Below are positions 46,319 through 56,179 of a stretch of 64,000 bases of DNA, piece by piece (positions within the stretch are counted from its first letter, which is position 1; every line of letters begins with the position of its first letter). The notes below the pieces were generated by a model. It saw only the letters and a program-made list of their open reading frames with translations, was not told where the DNA came from and made no database searches. Origin of the DNA: Candidatus Bathyarchaeota archaeon. Its GTDB lineage: Archaea > Thermoproteota > Bathyarchaeia > TCS64. The stretch is taken from contig CAVYVF010000023.1 of the NCBI GenBank assembly GCA_963771885.1, positions 192,001-256,000 of the forward strand. The letters run 5' to 3'. Made by a program: the position numbers and the translations under genes.

Positions 46319-47116
46319 GTGTTCTTGGCATTTTCAAAGTTGGTTGATGGGGAGCAGCGCATCTACTTCAAGGCGGGTGGGGAGTGGTGCTACCTCTGGA
46401 CGCCGAAGGCTTTCAAGGTCGGCGGGAAGACGCCTGTGCTGATGCATCACCACGGGGCGAACGGATGGGTGCGTGAGGGGTCGGCGGACTGGCCCGATAC
46501 GGAGTCGAAGGCCGCCTTCCTCAAGGCGATCATGACCAACGGGATAGCAGTGGCAGGTAGCCACGCCTGCGGCAATCACTGGGGTAACCCATGCGCAGTC
46601 GATGCGAACACCGCGTTACTCAAGGAGCTAGACGGTGTGAAGGGGTTGGATACCTCGCGCCTTGGACTGATGGGTGGCGGGCTTGGCGGGACGCTCATCT
46701 GGAACTCAGTCCTCGGCCCCCTCGCTGGTAGGGCGAAGCTCGCAGCTGTCCTGCAGGCGGTCGCAAACCTAGACGCAACGATTAAGGAGAACAAGTTCAG
46801 GGACGTCACTCTCCAGGCTTATGGCTTTCCGCCAGAGACGTCAGATGCGGAGGCGTACAAGGTGATCAAGCCAAGCGACCCGATGCCGAAGCTTAAGGCG
46901 ATGAAGAAGGGCATGAAGCTGCCCCACGTCGCCATCTTCCACGGGTCGAAGGACAACAACATCCCGGCGGAGACGAACGCGATCCCGCTCGCCGAGGCCC
47001 TGCGTAGAGCCGGAGGTGAGGTTGAGCTGAATGTCTTCCCGAGCGTCGAGCATAACGTTTACGCGATGGGGAAGGAGATGGAGGAGCGGCTCAGGGTCTT
47101 CTTCTCAGCCCTTTAG
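46319..47116 (+). CDS. Alpha/beta hydrolase-fold protein
   Basis: HHHG, GLMGGGLGG elbow (Gly in place of the usual Ser nucleophile), HGSKD, His near the C-terminus. Confidence 0.7.
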   Translation: MFLAFSKLVDGEQRIYFKAGGEWCYLWTPKAFKVGGKTPVLMHHHGANGWVREGSADWPDTESKAAFLKAIMTNGIAVAGSHACGNHWGNPCAVDANTALLKELDGVKGLDTSRLGLMGGGLGGTLIWNSVLGPLAGRAKLAAVLQAVANLDATIKENKFRDVTLQAYGFPPETSDAEAYKVIKPSDPMPKLKAMKKGMKLPHVAIFHGSKDNNIPAETNAIPLAEALRRAGGEVELNVFPSVEHNVYAMGKEMEERLRVFFSAL

Positions 47117-47647
47117 CTTGTCGCGGTACTTCTTCTCCAACTTCTCTATCTTCGGGGCGATAACGAATTGAGCGTAGCCCGTGCCCCGATTCCGCTCGTA
47201 GTACTTCTCATGGTACTCCTCAGCGGGGTAGAACGCCTTGAAGGGTTCGACTCTTGTGACGATGGGGGCGTCGAAGGCCTTCTTCTCCGTGAGCTCACTG
47301 ATGTACGTCTCGGCCTCGAGGCGTTGCTCATCGGTGTGGTAGAAGATGACGCTGCGGTACTGTGTGCCGACGTCAGCGCCTTGTCTGTTTAGGGTCGTCG
47401 GGTCATGCGTCGCGAAGAATATCTCGAGGAGCTGGCGGAAGGAGATCACGTCGGGGTCGTATGTGAGATGCGTCACCTCGGCGTGGCCCGTCCTTCCGGT
47501 CGACACCTGCTCGTATGTCGGGTTCTCGACGCTGCCGCCGCTGTAGCCGGGGAAGGCGCTCGTCACGCCCTTCAGCCGGGCAAATACCGCCTCTGTGCAC
47601 CAGAAGCAGCCTCCACCGAGGGTCGCTGTCTCCTCTCGTCCGTCCAT
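47105..47647 (-). CDS. msrA: Peptide methionine sulfoxide reductase A
   Basis: GGGCFWC, GHAE, HDPTTLNRQGADVGTQYRS, FYPAEEYH. Confidence 0.96.
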   Translation of the reverse strand: MDGREETATLGGGCFWCTEAVFARLKGVTSAFPGYSGGSVENPTYEQVSTGRTGHAEVTHLTYDPDVISFRQLLEIFFATHDPTTLNRQGADVGTQYRSVIFYHTDEQRLEAETYISELTEKKAFDAPIVTRVEPFKAFYPAEEYHEKYYERNRGTGYAQFVIAPKIEKLEKKYRDKLKG

Positions 47648-47683
47648 GTGGCAGCGTGGGGAACCGGTGTTGTTATAGGTTCC

Positions 47684-48471
47684 CTAGCCTCGGCGCTTCT
47701 TCGCCTGGGGCGTGAGGTAGTAGTCGGGGAGGAAGTTGGGCTCTTGGTCGACGCCGCCGAAGGGGATTGGTGTGGGGAGGAGGTGCTTTGTCTTCTCGAA
47801 CCCTCGATGACGGCGGGGAGGGAGGCGTATGGGATGGTTATGGATAGCTCTTGGTCCTGGACGATGCTTGAGACGCGTTCGCCGCGGCATGGGAAGCCGA
47901 CGGCGGGCTTGCCGGTTACGTATGCTTGCGCCATACCCTCGACGCAGACGCCGTACTTGGCGCAGGTCGTGATTGTGAAGCGGGGCTCCTCGGCGTAGAC
48001 GTAGCCCTGTATGAGCTTGAGCATCTGGAGGGGGTTGCCGTAGACGATGACTTGGTCTGGCTCGAGGTCCATCTTGTCGAGGGGGGCGAAGGCGATGGCT
48101 TTGACTTCGCCGAAGGGGACGCGTGGGAGCGTCTGGAACATCTCTTCGCAGCACTGGGGGGTCTTTCTTACGCCGTCCTTCTTCGCAATCTCGCCGTGCT
48201 CCATGTCCTCGTCGAACGGGTAGGCGCCTGTGACGAGTGCGCCGATGTTGCAGACCTGGTCTTCTGCGGTGGCGACGACCTTCCTGCCGTGGTGGCGTGC
48301 TTGACCTACGAATTGGCAGACGTTTAAGGGTGCCTTGGGGCGGTAGAAGCCGGCGTCAGCGAGTTCCCACTCCTTGTCCTCGCTCCACTCCCTGAGGTAC
48401 TTGACTGCGACTGGTGGGGTCTGTAGACCTAGTGTCCTAGCGAGCCACTCATGCTGCTGCTTCGCGTCCAT
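47684..48471 (-). CDS. DUF169 family protein, frameshifted near 47800
   Basis: PVAVK, CQ...AR, C..GA, PLD....PD, C...GVC, PCRGER. The C-terminus FEKTKHLLPTP...KKRRG* lies in another frame. Confidence 0.75.
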
Positions 48472-48711
48472 GCATGCCCCTCGTCGTTGAATGATTTATT
48501 CCTTACCAGTTTTGGCGTGCAAAGTTTTTTTAACGTGGGTGGCGTGCCTCTCGTTCACGCATGTGGAGTTGAACGTGATGGGGTATCGCTTTATCGCGTC
48601 CCTCTTGGAGGGGTAAGACATGGGGTATTGTTTTATTAGTTAAGCAAACCAGCTACTCGAACTTCTCAGGCTTGTGCCTGAAATCAATAGAATCTTGGGA
48701 GGCTTCGCCGC

Positions 48712-49689
48712 TTGGCTGACCTCGTGCCGCCGACTCTACTAGACGTCGTCGCCGCGCGTAAGAGGATCGCGGCTTACCTGCTGAAGACGCCGCTCACCTA
48801 TTACCATGGCCTCTCGAGTTACCTCGGCTGCGAGGTCTGGGTGAAGCATGAGAACCACCAGCCAATCGGGGCCTTCAAGGTAAGGGGTGGCATTAACCTG
48901 CTCAGTCGTATGAGCGAGGGGGATCGTGCGAGGGGGGTGATAACCGCTTCGACGGGGAACCATGGGCAGAGCATCGCCTACGCGTCCCGCCTATTTGGAG
49001 TTAAGGCAACGGTCTGCGTCCAGAGGGGTGCCAATCCTGACAAGGTCGCGGCTATGAGGGCGCTGGGTGCGGACATCGTCGAGGGACAGGGCGACTTCGA
49101 CGAAGCGGTGCTTCTTGCCGTCGAGCTCGCGAAGGAGAGGAGGCTACGCTACGTGCACACGGCGAACGAGCCTGACCTCATAGCAGGTGTGGGGACGCTC
49201 GCCCTTGAGATGGTGGAGGACCGCCCCGACCTCGACGTGGTCATAGTCGCCGCGGGTGCTGGAACACTTAGTAGCGGTGTATCCATCGTCTACAAAACGC
49301 TTAGCCCCAAGACGCGGGTCGTCGCTGTCCAGACGGAGGCTGCCCCGAGCCTTTCCATGAGCTGGAGGAGCGGTGTTGTCGAGCATACCAACTCGGCGAA
49401 CACACTCGCTGATGGCCTTGCGGTCAAGCAGAGCTTTGAGCTACCCGTCAAGATCGTGCACGAGCTTGTGGATGACTTCAGACTCGTCTCCGAGGAGGAG
49501 CTTCGCTCTGCGATCAAGCTCTACGTTGAGAAGGCGCACACGATCGCGGAGGGCGCCGGTGCGGCTCCCCTGGCGGCGGCGATCAAGATGAGGGAAGAGC
49601 TCGCGGGGAAGAAGGTGGGGCTCGTCCTGAGCGGGGGGAACCTGACGGCCTCGATGCTTAGGCAGATACTCGCTGAGCCGACTTTTTAG
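48712..49689 (+). CDS. Threonine/serine dehydratase (PLP-dependent)
   Basis: KHEN.QPIGAFKVRG, ASTGNHGQS, TLADGLAV, LSGGN. Confidence 0.92.
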   Translation: MADLVPPTLLDVVAARKRIAAYLLKTPLTYYHGLSSYLGCEVWVKHENHQPIGAFKVRGGINLLSRMSEGDRARGVITASTGNHGQSIAYASRLFGVKATVCVQRGANPDKVAAMRALGADIVEGQGDFDEAVLLAVELAKERRLRYVHTANEPDLIAGVGTLALEMVEDRPDLDVVIVAAGAGTLSSGVSIVYKTLSPKTRVVAVQTEAAPSLSMSWRSGVVEHTNSANTLADGLAVKQSFELPVKIVHELVDDFRLVSEEELRSAIKLYVEKAHTIAEGAGAAPLAAAIKMREELAGKKVGLVLSGGNLTASMLRQILAEPTF

Positions 49690-49691
49690 AT

Positions 49692-50348
49692 CTAAGGCAG
49701 CAGCTTTTCTCTGCGTATTAGCTTTGGAGCGGAGAGAACGGCGAGCAATGAAACAATGAAAACTGCCACCGCCATGACGAGTTGTGCGGTGGCTGCCACC
49801 GCGGGGAGGAGCATGGGTATGAACATGAACCCCAGAAGGATGAAGGCGCCGATGGCGATCCCGAGGGGCTGGTTCATCCCGATAGGCTGCCTCTGCAGCG
49901 AGGCGAAGGACATCATCAGGACGTTAACCAGGCATATCACGGAGAGCCCCATGAAAATGGATAATGCGAGCGAGATCAACACAGTAGCGCTGAACACCCC
50001 GACGTAGAGCATGGCCCCAACTATGCCAACAGCGCTCAGGGCGAGCATGACGCCTCCCACGGCGAGTGAGGCTAGCAGATACCCCATGAATATGTCCACC
50101 TGATCCATCCCGAGGGAGAGCAGGTACTCGAGCGTCCCGTTCTCGCGGTCGTGCACGAAAAGGAGCATGACGGGGATCGTGCCGAGAAGGCCGACTATGC
50201 CCATCAGCGAGAGTGACTGTGTGACGAATATGCTGCTCAGCCTCGCCTGTAGAGGCACGATGATGTTTATGGCGAGAACAAAGAGCCCGATGCCTATGTA
50301 CATCTTCCCAACGCTGACGCTCCGCTTTACTATCGATAGGCTGAACAT
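49692..50348 (-). CDS. ABC-2 type permease
   Basis: About 6 TM helices, DRENGTLEYLLSLG; ATG at 50348. Confidence 0.75.
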   Translation of the reverse strand: MFSLSIVKRSVSVGKMYIGIGLFVLAINIIVPLQARLSSIFVTQSLSLMGIVGLLGTIPVMLLFVHDRENGTLEYLLSLGMDQVDIFMGYLLASLAVGGVMLALSAVGIVGAMLYVGVFSATVLISLALSIFMGLSVICLVNVLMMSFASLQRQPIGMNQPLGIAIGAFILLGFMFIPMLLPAVAATAQLVMAVAVFIVSLLAVLSAPKLIRREKLLP

Positions 50349-50352
50349 GCCA

Positions 50353-51201
50353 TCACTCCTTGAATAGGTCCTCGAGCGGGTTGTCCAGCTCCTTGACCTC
50401 TGTGACCGTGACGCCCTCGGCGATGAGTTTCTTGAGGATGTCGCCGACCTCCTCGCGGCCCTTGACCTTGATGACGTAGAGGCCGTTCTCACTGACGGTA
50501 GGGATGACGCGGGAGACGTCCCCCGTGGCCCTTATGCCCATTCGATACTCCTTGGGCCTCAGGTTCTCTATCCTATCGAAGAAACGGACGGCGCCATCCC
50601 TGATTAGAATTAGGTAGGTGCCTATCTCCCTCGCCTCGTAGAGGTTGTGGGAGGAGTATAGTACGATCTTCCTCTTGCTCAGGTCGAGGAGCATGTCCCT
50701 GATCTGCCTCGCAGTCGTGGGGTCGAGGTTGCTCGTCGGCTCGTCGAGGAGGTAGAGGTCCCTCTCGCTGAGGAGGACCTTGGCGATGGCGACGCGTTTC
50801 TTTTGGCCTTGGGAGAGGTCCGAGACCTTCCGGTCGCGTAGCTCCACGAGGGAGAGTTTCTCGATGACCTCCTCCACGTCACCTCCCTCGATGTCTGAGA
50901 AGAATCTGAGGGCGTTATATACCGTCATCTCCTCAGGGAGCGCGTTGTAGTGGGATAGGTAACATACCTTTCTCCGTGTCTCTTTGGAAGTGTTTAGGTC
51001 TGCGCCTCCGAAGCTCACCGAGCCGCTTAGCGGCTCTAGTATGCCTCCGACGGTCCTGAGTAGGGTCGTCTTCCCGGCGCCGTTAGGGCCGAGGACGACG
51101 TAGATGGATGGCTCGGAGATGGTGAGGGTGATGTCTTTGAGCACAGCTTTCCCGTTGTACCCGGAGCTGACGCCTAGAATTTCCAGCTTTGTTCCATCCA
51201 T
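50353..51201 (-). CDS. ABC transporter ATP-binding protein
   Basis: GPNGAGKTT, LSQGQKKR, LLDEPT. Confidence 0.92.
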   Translation of the reverse strand: MDGTKLEILGVSSGYNGKAVLKDITLTISEPSIYVVLGPNGAGKTTLLRTVGGILEPLSGSVSFGGADLNTSKETRRKVCYLSHYNALPEEMTVYNALRFFSDIEGGDVEEVIEKLSLVELRDRKVSDLSQGQKKRVAIAKVLLSERDLYLLDEPTSNLDPTTARQIRDMLLDLSKRKIVLYSSHNLYEAREIGTYLILIRDGAVRFFDRIENLRPKEYRMGIRATGDVSRVIPTVSENGLYVIKVKGREEVGDILKKLIAEGVTVTEVKELDNPLEDLFKE

Positions 51202-51269
51202 GTCCCAGAAACTCCTTTTAACGGTCATATAAGGCGACTGGAGAAGCCAATCGAGTTGTTTTCCAGCGA

Positions 51270-51959
51270 CTACTTCTGTTTTCGGAAGTAGGTGACCCAG
51301 TCAGGGAGGATGGTGAAAAGGCTGGAGATTACCTTCTTCGTCGCCTCGAACCAGGCGGTGGCTGTGCCGTCGTATGCTTCGCCGCCGCTCTTGTCGACTA
51401 GGTCGCTGACACCGCGTAGGATGAGCGTCTTTGTGTTGTTGCGGGCACAAACCCAGGCGGTAGGGGCGGATTCGTAATCGTTGACCATGCCGTTGAACTT
51501 CTCGCGTAGGCGGGGGATGTCCTCGGGGATGAGGTCCCTGTCGCCGCTGAGGATGTGGACGCGTTTGACGGGGGTCGGGGGCTTCTTGACCCAGCCGAGG
51601 TCAATCTCCGTTGTGAACTTCTTTATCCCTTCGTCGGGTGGCCCGATGAGGCTGACGAAGTCGTATACTATAGCCTTCTCGACGAGTACGATGTCGAATC
51701 TGTTGACCTGGCCTTTGAAGCCGCCACATGTGCCGAAGTTGACGACTAGGTCGGGGTGCCATTTCTCGATGACGTACTCGGCGCTGGCGGCGGAGTGCAC
51801 TTTGCCCCAGCCGCCGTGGAAGACTATGACTTCCTCGCCGGCGACGGGGATGGTGAACCACTCGCCGAGCGGCGTGTTGTTCATCTTCGCGTTTGGGAAG
51901 AGGGGGGTGGTGGCTCTCCACTCGCCGTCGGCTGAGACGATGACGACTATGCAGCCCAT
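51270..51959 (-). CDS. MTA/SAH nucleosidase-like (PNP_UDP family) protein
   Basis: GWGKVHSAA, VNFGTCGG, SGD, DYES, LRGVSD. Confidence 0.8.
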   Translation of the reverse strand: MGCIVVIVSADGEWRATTPLFPNAKMNNTPLGEWFTIPVAGEEVIVFHGGWGKVHSAASAEYVIEKWHPDLVVNFGTCGGFKGQVNRFDIVLVEKAIVYDFVSLIGPPDEGIKKFTTEIDLGWVKKPPTPVKRVHILSGDRDLIPEDIPRLREKFNGMVNDYESAPTAWVCARNNTKTLILRGVSDLVDKSGGEAYDGTATAWFEATKKVISSLFTILPDWVTYFRKQK

Positions 51960-51977
51960 TTCAGTTCAGGTTTCCAT

Positions 51978-53294
51978 GTGCCAGAGGGAGGGATAAGCGT
52001 TGGCTCCATGGATTACTTATATTTTGGTTCATCCATTGATGAGACTCGTCAGGTGTCTTCCTTGGACGTCTCAACCTCCGCCTTAGCCGCGATCGTCAGG
52101 GGCTGGGTAGATTTTCTGAGGAAGCAAGAGAGCCCCTTCAAGGTCAACATTATTCGTAACTTCGTTCAGCGCTTCGCCACGAACCTGAGCTACCAGTTCC
52201 AGCCGCTCTTTCTTACGAGCCTCGGGGCGAGCCCCCTCATACTCGGCTATCTGAACAGCATGAACGGTGTCGTAAATACGATTCTCGCTATACCGACGGG
52301 GATGGCTGCTGACCGGATCGGGATAAAAAAGGTCCTCGTCTTCACGATGCTGCTCTCGGTGGCGAGTTCGGTGGTCTTCGCCCTCGCGAACAGCTGGGAG
52401 GTGGCGGCGATCGCCTTAGTCATCTCGGGAGCAGTTATGATCCTCGACAGGACGGTGTGCCCGATGATCTGCGGCTCGGCACTCGCTAGCGGCGAGAGGC
52501 TGACGGGGATGGGGATATGCGACACGATCTCCTTCTTCCCCCAGCTCATCGCCCCCATCCTCGGCGCCGCCCTCATCACGATCTTCGGCGGGATGAACGC
52601 AGAGGGGATACGCCCCCTCTTCTACCTCCAGACGGCTTTCCTGCTCGTCGCAGTTGCCATCATCCAGTTCTGGTTCAAGAATCCCGCGGCTCAGTCCGGT
52701 GGCGCTCGCGGGAACGTCTTCGCCGACATAAGCGGCCTCTTCAAGGAAGGGAGGATAATCAAGAGGTGGCTACTGCTGACTGTAGCGGCGGCGTTCCCCT
52801 GGCAGGTGGCCTTCTATACGCCGCTCTTCGCGGCGCAGATCAAGGGGGCAGACGCCTTCATTGTAGGCGGTATCAGCGCTGCGGCGACGATAGTCTTCGT
52901 CTTCTTTGCCATACCGCTTGGCAGGCTCAGCGACACGATGGGGCGGAAGAAGATAGGAGCATTGGCGGGGCTGTTGATGATAAGCTCCTACCTTGTGCTC
53001 GTCCTCGCACCGAATAATGCGACTCTTCTACTCGCAGGGTTTCTCAGCGGCTTCAGCATGTCGTTCACCCAGAACCTGATGGCGATCTCGGTCGAACTCG
53101 TACCGCCGAAGAGGCTTGGGAGCTGGGTCGGCATTCAGGGCTTCTGCAGGGGGCTCGTTGGGATCGCTTCGCCGATTATCTGCGGCTACCTCTGGTCTTT
53201 TGTCTTCCCGGGGAGTGTCTTCTACTTCCTCGCCGCGACCCAGATCGTGGCGCTGATAATGTTTGTCCTCGTGCCGACGGAGATAACCCGTTAA
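51978..53294 (+). CDS. MFS transporter (start uncertain)
   Basis: GMAADRIGIKK, GRLSDTMGRKK; about 12 TM helices. Confidence 0.88.
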   Translation: MPEGGISVGSMDYLYFGSSIDETRQVSSLDVSTSALAAIVRGWVDFLRKQESPFKVNIIRNFVQRFATNLSYQFQPLFLTSLGASPLILGYLNSMNGVVNTILAIPTGMAADRIGIKKVLVFTMLLSVASSVVFALANSWEVAAIALVISGAVMILDRTVCPMICGSALASGERLTGMGICDTISFFPQLIAPILGAALITIFGGMNAEGIRPLFYLQTAFLLVAVAIIQFWFKNPAAQSGGARGNVFADISGLFKEGRIIKRWLLLTVAAAFPWQVAFYTPLFAAQIKGADAFIVGGISAAATIVFVFFAIPLGRLSDTMGRKKIGALAGLLMISSYLVLVLAPNNATLLLAGFLSGFSMSFTQNLMAISVELVPPKRLGSWVGIQGFCRGLVGIASPIICGYLWSFVFPGSVFYFLAATQIVALIMFVLVPTEITR

Positions 53295-53711
53295 GCCGCT
53301 GCGATCCTCGCCCTAATCTTCTCGGCTGTCCCGGCTAGGTCGCCTCCGCCCCCTGGACCGAGTTGCTGCACTATTCCACCGTGATCTCCCTTCCGTCGGG
53401 GGAGTATGTGAATGTGGACGTGAGGTATCTCCTGCCCGCTACCAGGCCCGTTGTTGATGCCGACAGTTGTTGCGTCAGCCTCCACGGCGTCCCTGATGGG
53501 GGAGAGTATCTTGTGGAGGGCGGAGAAGAGCGCCTACGCCTGCTCGGGGGTCAGGTCCTCGACGCGGGAGACGTGCGCCTTCGGGACCAGCATCGTGTGG
53601 CCTGGGGCTACCGGGCGTATGTCGAGGAAGGCGAGGCAGTGCTCGTCCTCGTAGACGCTTCTGCGCTGGGATGCGTCCTTCGAATATGGAGCAGATGACG
53701 CAGGGAGACAT
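53291..53711 (-). pseudogene. hit: HIT family hydrolase with a +1 frameshift (~53657) and an in-frame TAG (53534-53536)
   Basis: Reconstructed MSPCVICSI...K/VYEDEHCLAFLDIRP..PGH.MLVPK.H...EQA*ALFS...NNG..SGQEIPHVHIHILPR. Confidence 0.8.
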
Positions 53712-53747
53712 GGTAGGATAGTTGGCGGAGGCGGTTTATTGGTCTTT

Positions 53748-54521
53748 TTAGCCGTGGCTGACGAAGTCGACCCTGCCGCCGTCGGCGACGATGACCTGGC
53801 CGGTGACGAAGCCGGACTCCTCGGAGGCGAGGAAGAGGGCGACTCGGGCGATGTCGTCGGGCTCACCTATGCGGCGCAGTGCTGCTAGGCCTGCCTTCCT
53901 CTTGTTGACTGCCTCGGCAGCGGCTCCGCTCTTGCCGGCTGTCATGTCGGTTTTGATCCAGCCGGGGGCGATGCAGTTGACGTTTATGCCGTGTGGTCCG
54001 AGGTCCTGGGCTGCGACGGCGGTGAGCATTATGAGGCCCGCCTTGCTGCAGCCGTAGGAGCCCTCGCCGGTTGGGGCGCAGCCGAGGCCGGAGATGCTGG
54101 AGGTGCTTATGATCCTGCCCCCGCCCTGCTTGATCATCTGCTTCGACGCCTCCTGCATGCAGATGAAGGGGCCCTTGAGGTTGACGTCCATGACCTTGTC
54201 CCACTGCTCGTCGGTCGTCTCCATGAGGTTTGTGGGTATGAGTATGCCCGCGTTGTTGACGAGTATGTCGAGACTGCCGAATGCCTTGATTGTGGCGGCG
54301 ACCATCTTCTTTACTTGAGCCCTCTGGGAGACGTCGGCCTGCACGGCTATCGCCCTGCCGCCCATTGCCTGTATCTCGGTGACGACCGCCTCAGCCTCGG
54401 CAGCGCCTTTCGTGTAGTTCACGGCGACGCTCGCGCCTTCGGCGGCATACATAAGACAGATCGCTTTACCTATTCCCCTGCTGCCCCCTGTGACGAGGGC
54501 GACCTTACCGTCTAGTTTCAT
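53748..54521 (-). CDS. Short-chain dehydrogenase/reductase (FabG-like)
   Basis: TGGSRGIG, NNAG, YGCSK, NCIAPG. Confidence 0.93.
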   Translation of the reverse strand: MKLDGKVALVTGGSRGIGKAICLMYAAEGASVAVNYTKGAAEAEAVVTEIQAMGGRAIAVQADVSQRAQVKKMVAATIKAFGSLDILVNNAGILIPTNLMETTDEQWDKVMDVNLKGPFICMQEASKQMIKQGGGRIISTSSISGLGCAPTGEGSYGCSKAGLIMLTAVAAQDLGPHGINVNCIAPGWIKTDMTAGKSGAAAEAVNKRKAGLAALRRIGEPDDIARVALFLASEESGFVTGQVIVADGGRVDFVSHG

Positions 54522-54571
54522 GATTGATGGACGTTGTGGAGGGGATTTAACGCTTCCCGGGTGTGCTAATT

Positions 54572-55006
54572 TCAGTTGGCGGGCTTTCGGAAGCTGTTCA
54601 TCTTCTCCACGATGGCGTGGTAGGCCTGCACGGGGTTGTCTATGCCCTGCACCATCGCCTCGAAGGGGCAGTATATCCTGCCGTCGACGGTCTTGATGTG
54701 ATCTATCTCCTTGTCGAAGCTTAGTCTGACGCCAGCATCCTCGATCAGCTTTCGCCCACCGGGGTTGATCACCCCCGCGTGGACCTCTGCTGCTCCACTG
54801 TAAAGTATGAGTAGTGCGGCGGCGCGTCCGACTATCTTGTCGACCATCGTCGTGCTCCTTAGGTGTGCGCCGAGGGCGTCTATCGCCTCAAGGTGCGGTC
54901 GGACGCCCTTGCTGGCGCTCCGGAAGAGTACGGTTCTGCCCTCATAGACCATGAGGCTGAGCCCAAGCTCGTCGAGTTTCTTAACGTATTCGTCCAAAAT
55001 CCTCAA
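54572..55006 (-). CDS. DUF1893 (TM1506-like) protein
   Basis: KGVRP.L, VDKIVGRAAALL, CPFE. Confidence 0.8.
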   Translation of the reverse strand: MRILDEYVKKLDELGLSLMVYEGRTVLFRSASKGVRPHLEAIDALGAHLRSTTMVDKIVGRAAALLILYSGAAEVHAGVINPGGRKLIEDAGVRLSFDKEIDHIKTVDGRIYCPFEAMVQGIDNPVQAYHAIVEKMNSFRKPAN

Positions 55007-55007
55007 C

Positions 55008-55454
55008 CTAGTTCTTCAGTATGGCTATCTTCGACTGTTTTACCCCGCGGCAGCTTGACAGCTTCTCCGCGAGGATTTTTATGCGCTGCGTCTCCCCTCG
55101 CACGGCGACTATTTCGAGGCAGTTGTTGTGGTCGAGGTGGATGTGGGTGGTCGTCGTTATCTCGCCGGTGTGGTCGTGCTGTATCTCGGTTAGGGCTTCC
55201 GTCACGTCGCCCCTGTGGTGGTCGTAGAGTAGCGTGATGGCGCCGACGACCTCGCCGCCCTCTCCCTCCCAGACGCGGTCGGTTATGAAGTTCCTCATCG
55301 CGGCCACGATAGCGGTTGAGCGGTTGTAGCCGAGCCTTACCGTCATCTCGTCGAACTCTTTGAGTAGGACTGGGTCGACCGAGGCGCTGAACCTCGCGAC
55401 TCCCTGTCTCTCCTCGTCGCGACTTGAATCGGCTCTTGCAGTCATCGCAGCCAC
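55008..55454 (-). CDS. nikR: Nickel-responsive regulator NikR
   Basis: Ribbon-helix-helix RFSASV..NRS.AI, LYDHH, QH, HIHLDHNNCLE. Confidence 0.92.
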   Translation of the reverse strand: MAAMTARADSSRDEERQGVARFSASVDPVLLKEFDEMTVRLGYNRSTAIVAAMRNFITDRVWEGEGGEVVGAITLLYDHHRGDVTEALTEIQHDHTGEITTTTHIHLDHNNCLEIVAVRGETQRIKILAEKLSSCRGVKQSKIAILKN

Positions 55455-55576
55455 AGGGGTTACGTTGCGGGGCGGGTAATAATGTTAACCGCGCGCCACG
55501 GTGGAAAGGTTAAGTACATTTGCTTTCTTGTATACCCCGTAGGGTGTTCTTGGAACATCCCTACATCGGTGTCAGT

Positions 55577-56179
55577 GTGGACCGCGTTAAGAAGCTGAGG
55601 TACAAGGCGGTTCCCGTGAGGGAGACCCTTGTCGAGATGAAGGATCTGAGCGAGATCATGATTGACCTCGCCTACAGCGCCGCAGTTATGGATAACAAGG
55701 CGCTCGCGGAGGAGGTCGTGCAGCTCGAGAAGAGGATGGACGACCTCATTTATGTGCTCAACATGAACCTGATGCTCTCCGCGCGTACGGCGCGGGACGT
55801 CGAGGCGCTGGCGGGGGTGCAGAGGGTTGGGGCGCTCACGAACGTGATAAGCGACGCGGCGGGCGACATATCCGCCCTCGTCTTACGCGGTATAAAGATA
55901 CACCCCGTCGCCAGGGAGGTATTCGAGAGGACGGAGGAGAACCTCGATCACGGTTCAATAGTCGAGGGCTCGATCCTGGAGGGTAAGAGCGTCGACGATC
56001 TCCACCTCGCCCGGAGGATAGGCGCGGACATCATCGCCATCAGGAGGGGGGAGCACTGGCTCATCAACCCCGGCAAGGAAATCGTCATGCCTGAGGACGT
56101 CATAGTCGCGAGGGGAAACCAGGAGGGACTCGAGACTCTTCTCAAGGCGGCGAAGGGGGAGGTGGAGACACTTGAGTGA
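55577..56179 (+). CDS. PhoU plus TrkA-C (RCK_C) domain protein
   Basis: EMKDLSEIMIDLAYSA, ISDAAGDI, IIAIRRG, DVIVARG. Confidence 0.82.
   Translation: MDRVKKLRYKAVPVRETLVEMKDLSEIMIDLAYSAAVMDNKALAEEVVQLEKRMDDLIYVLNMNLMLSARTARDVEALAGVQRVGALTNVISDAAGDISALVLRGIKIHPVAREVFERTEENLDHGSIVEGSILEGKSVDDLHLARRIGADIIAIRRGEHWLINPGKEIVMPEDVIVARGNQEGLETLLKAAKGEVETLE

Noticed and set aside
2084..53536. Genome-wide TAG recoding (pyrrolysine/read-through), suggested by in-frame TAGs at 2084, 21842, 36141 and 53534
   Set aside because: Many genes end in TAG at their family-typical C-termini (rbr, tupC, DUF2000, AOR). Two of the cases are followed directly by valid starts, and no pyl genes are in the window.
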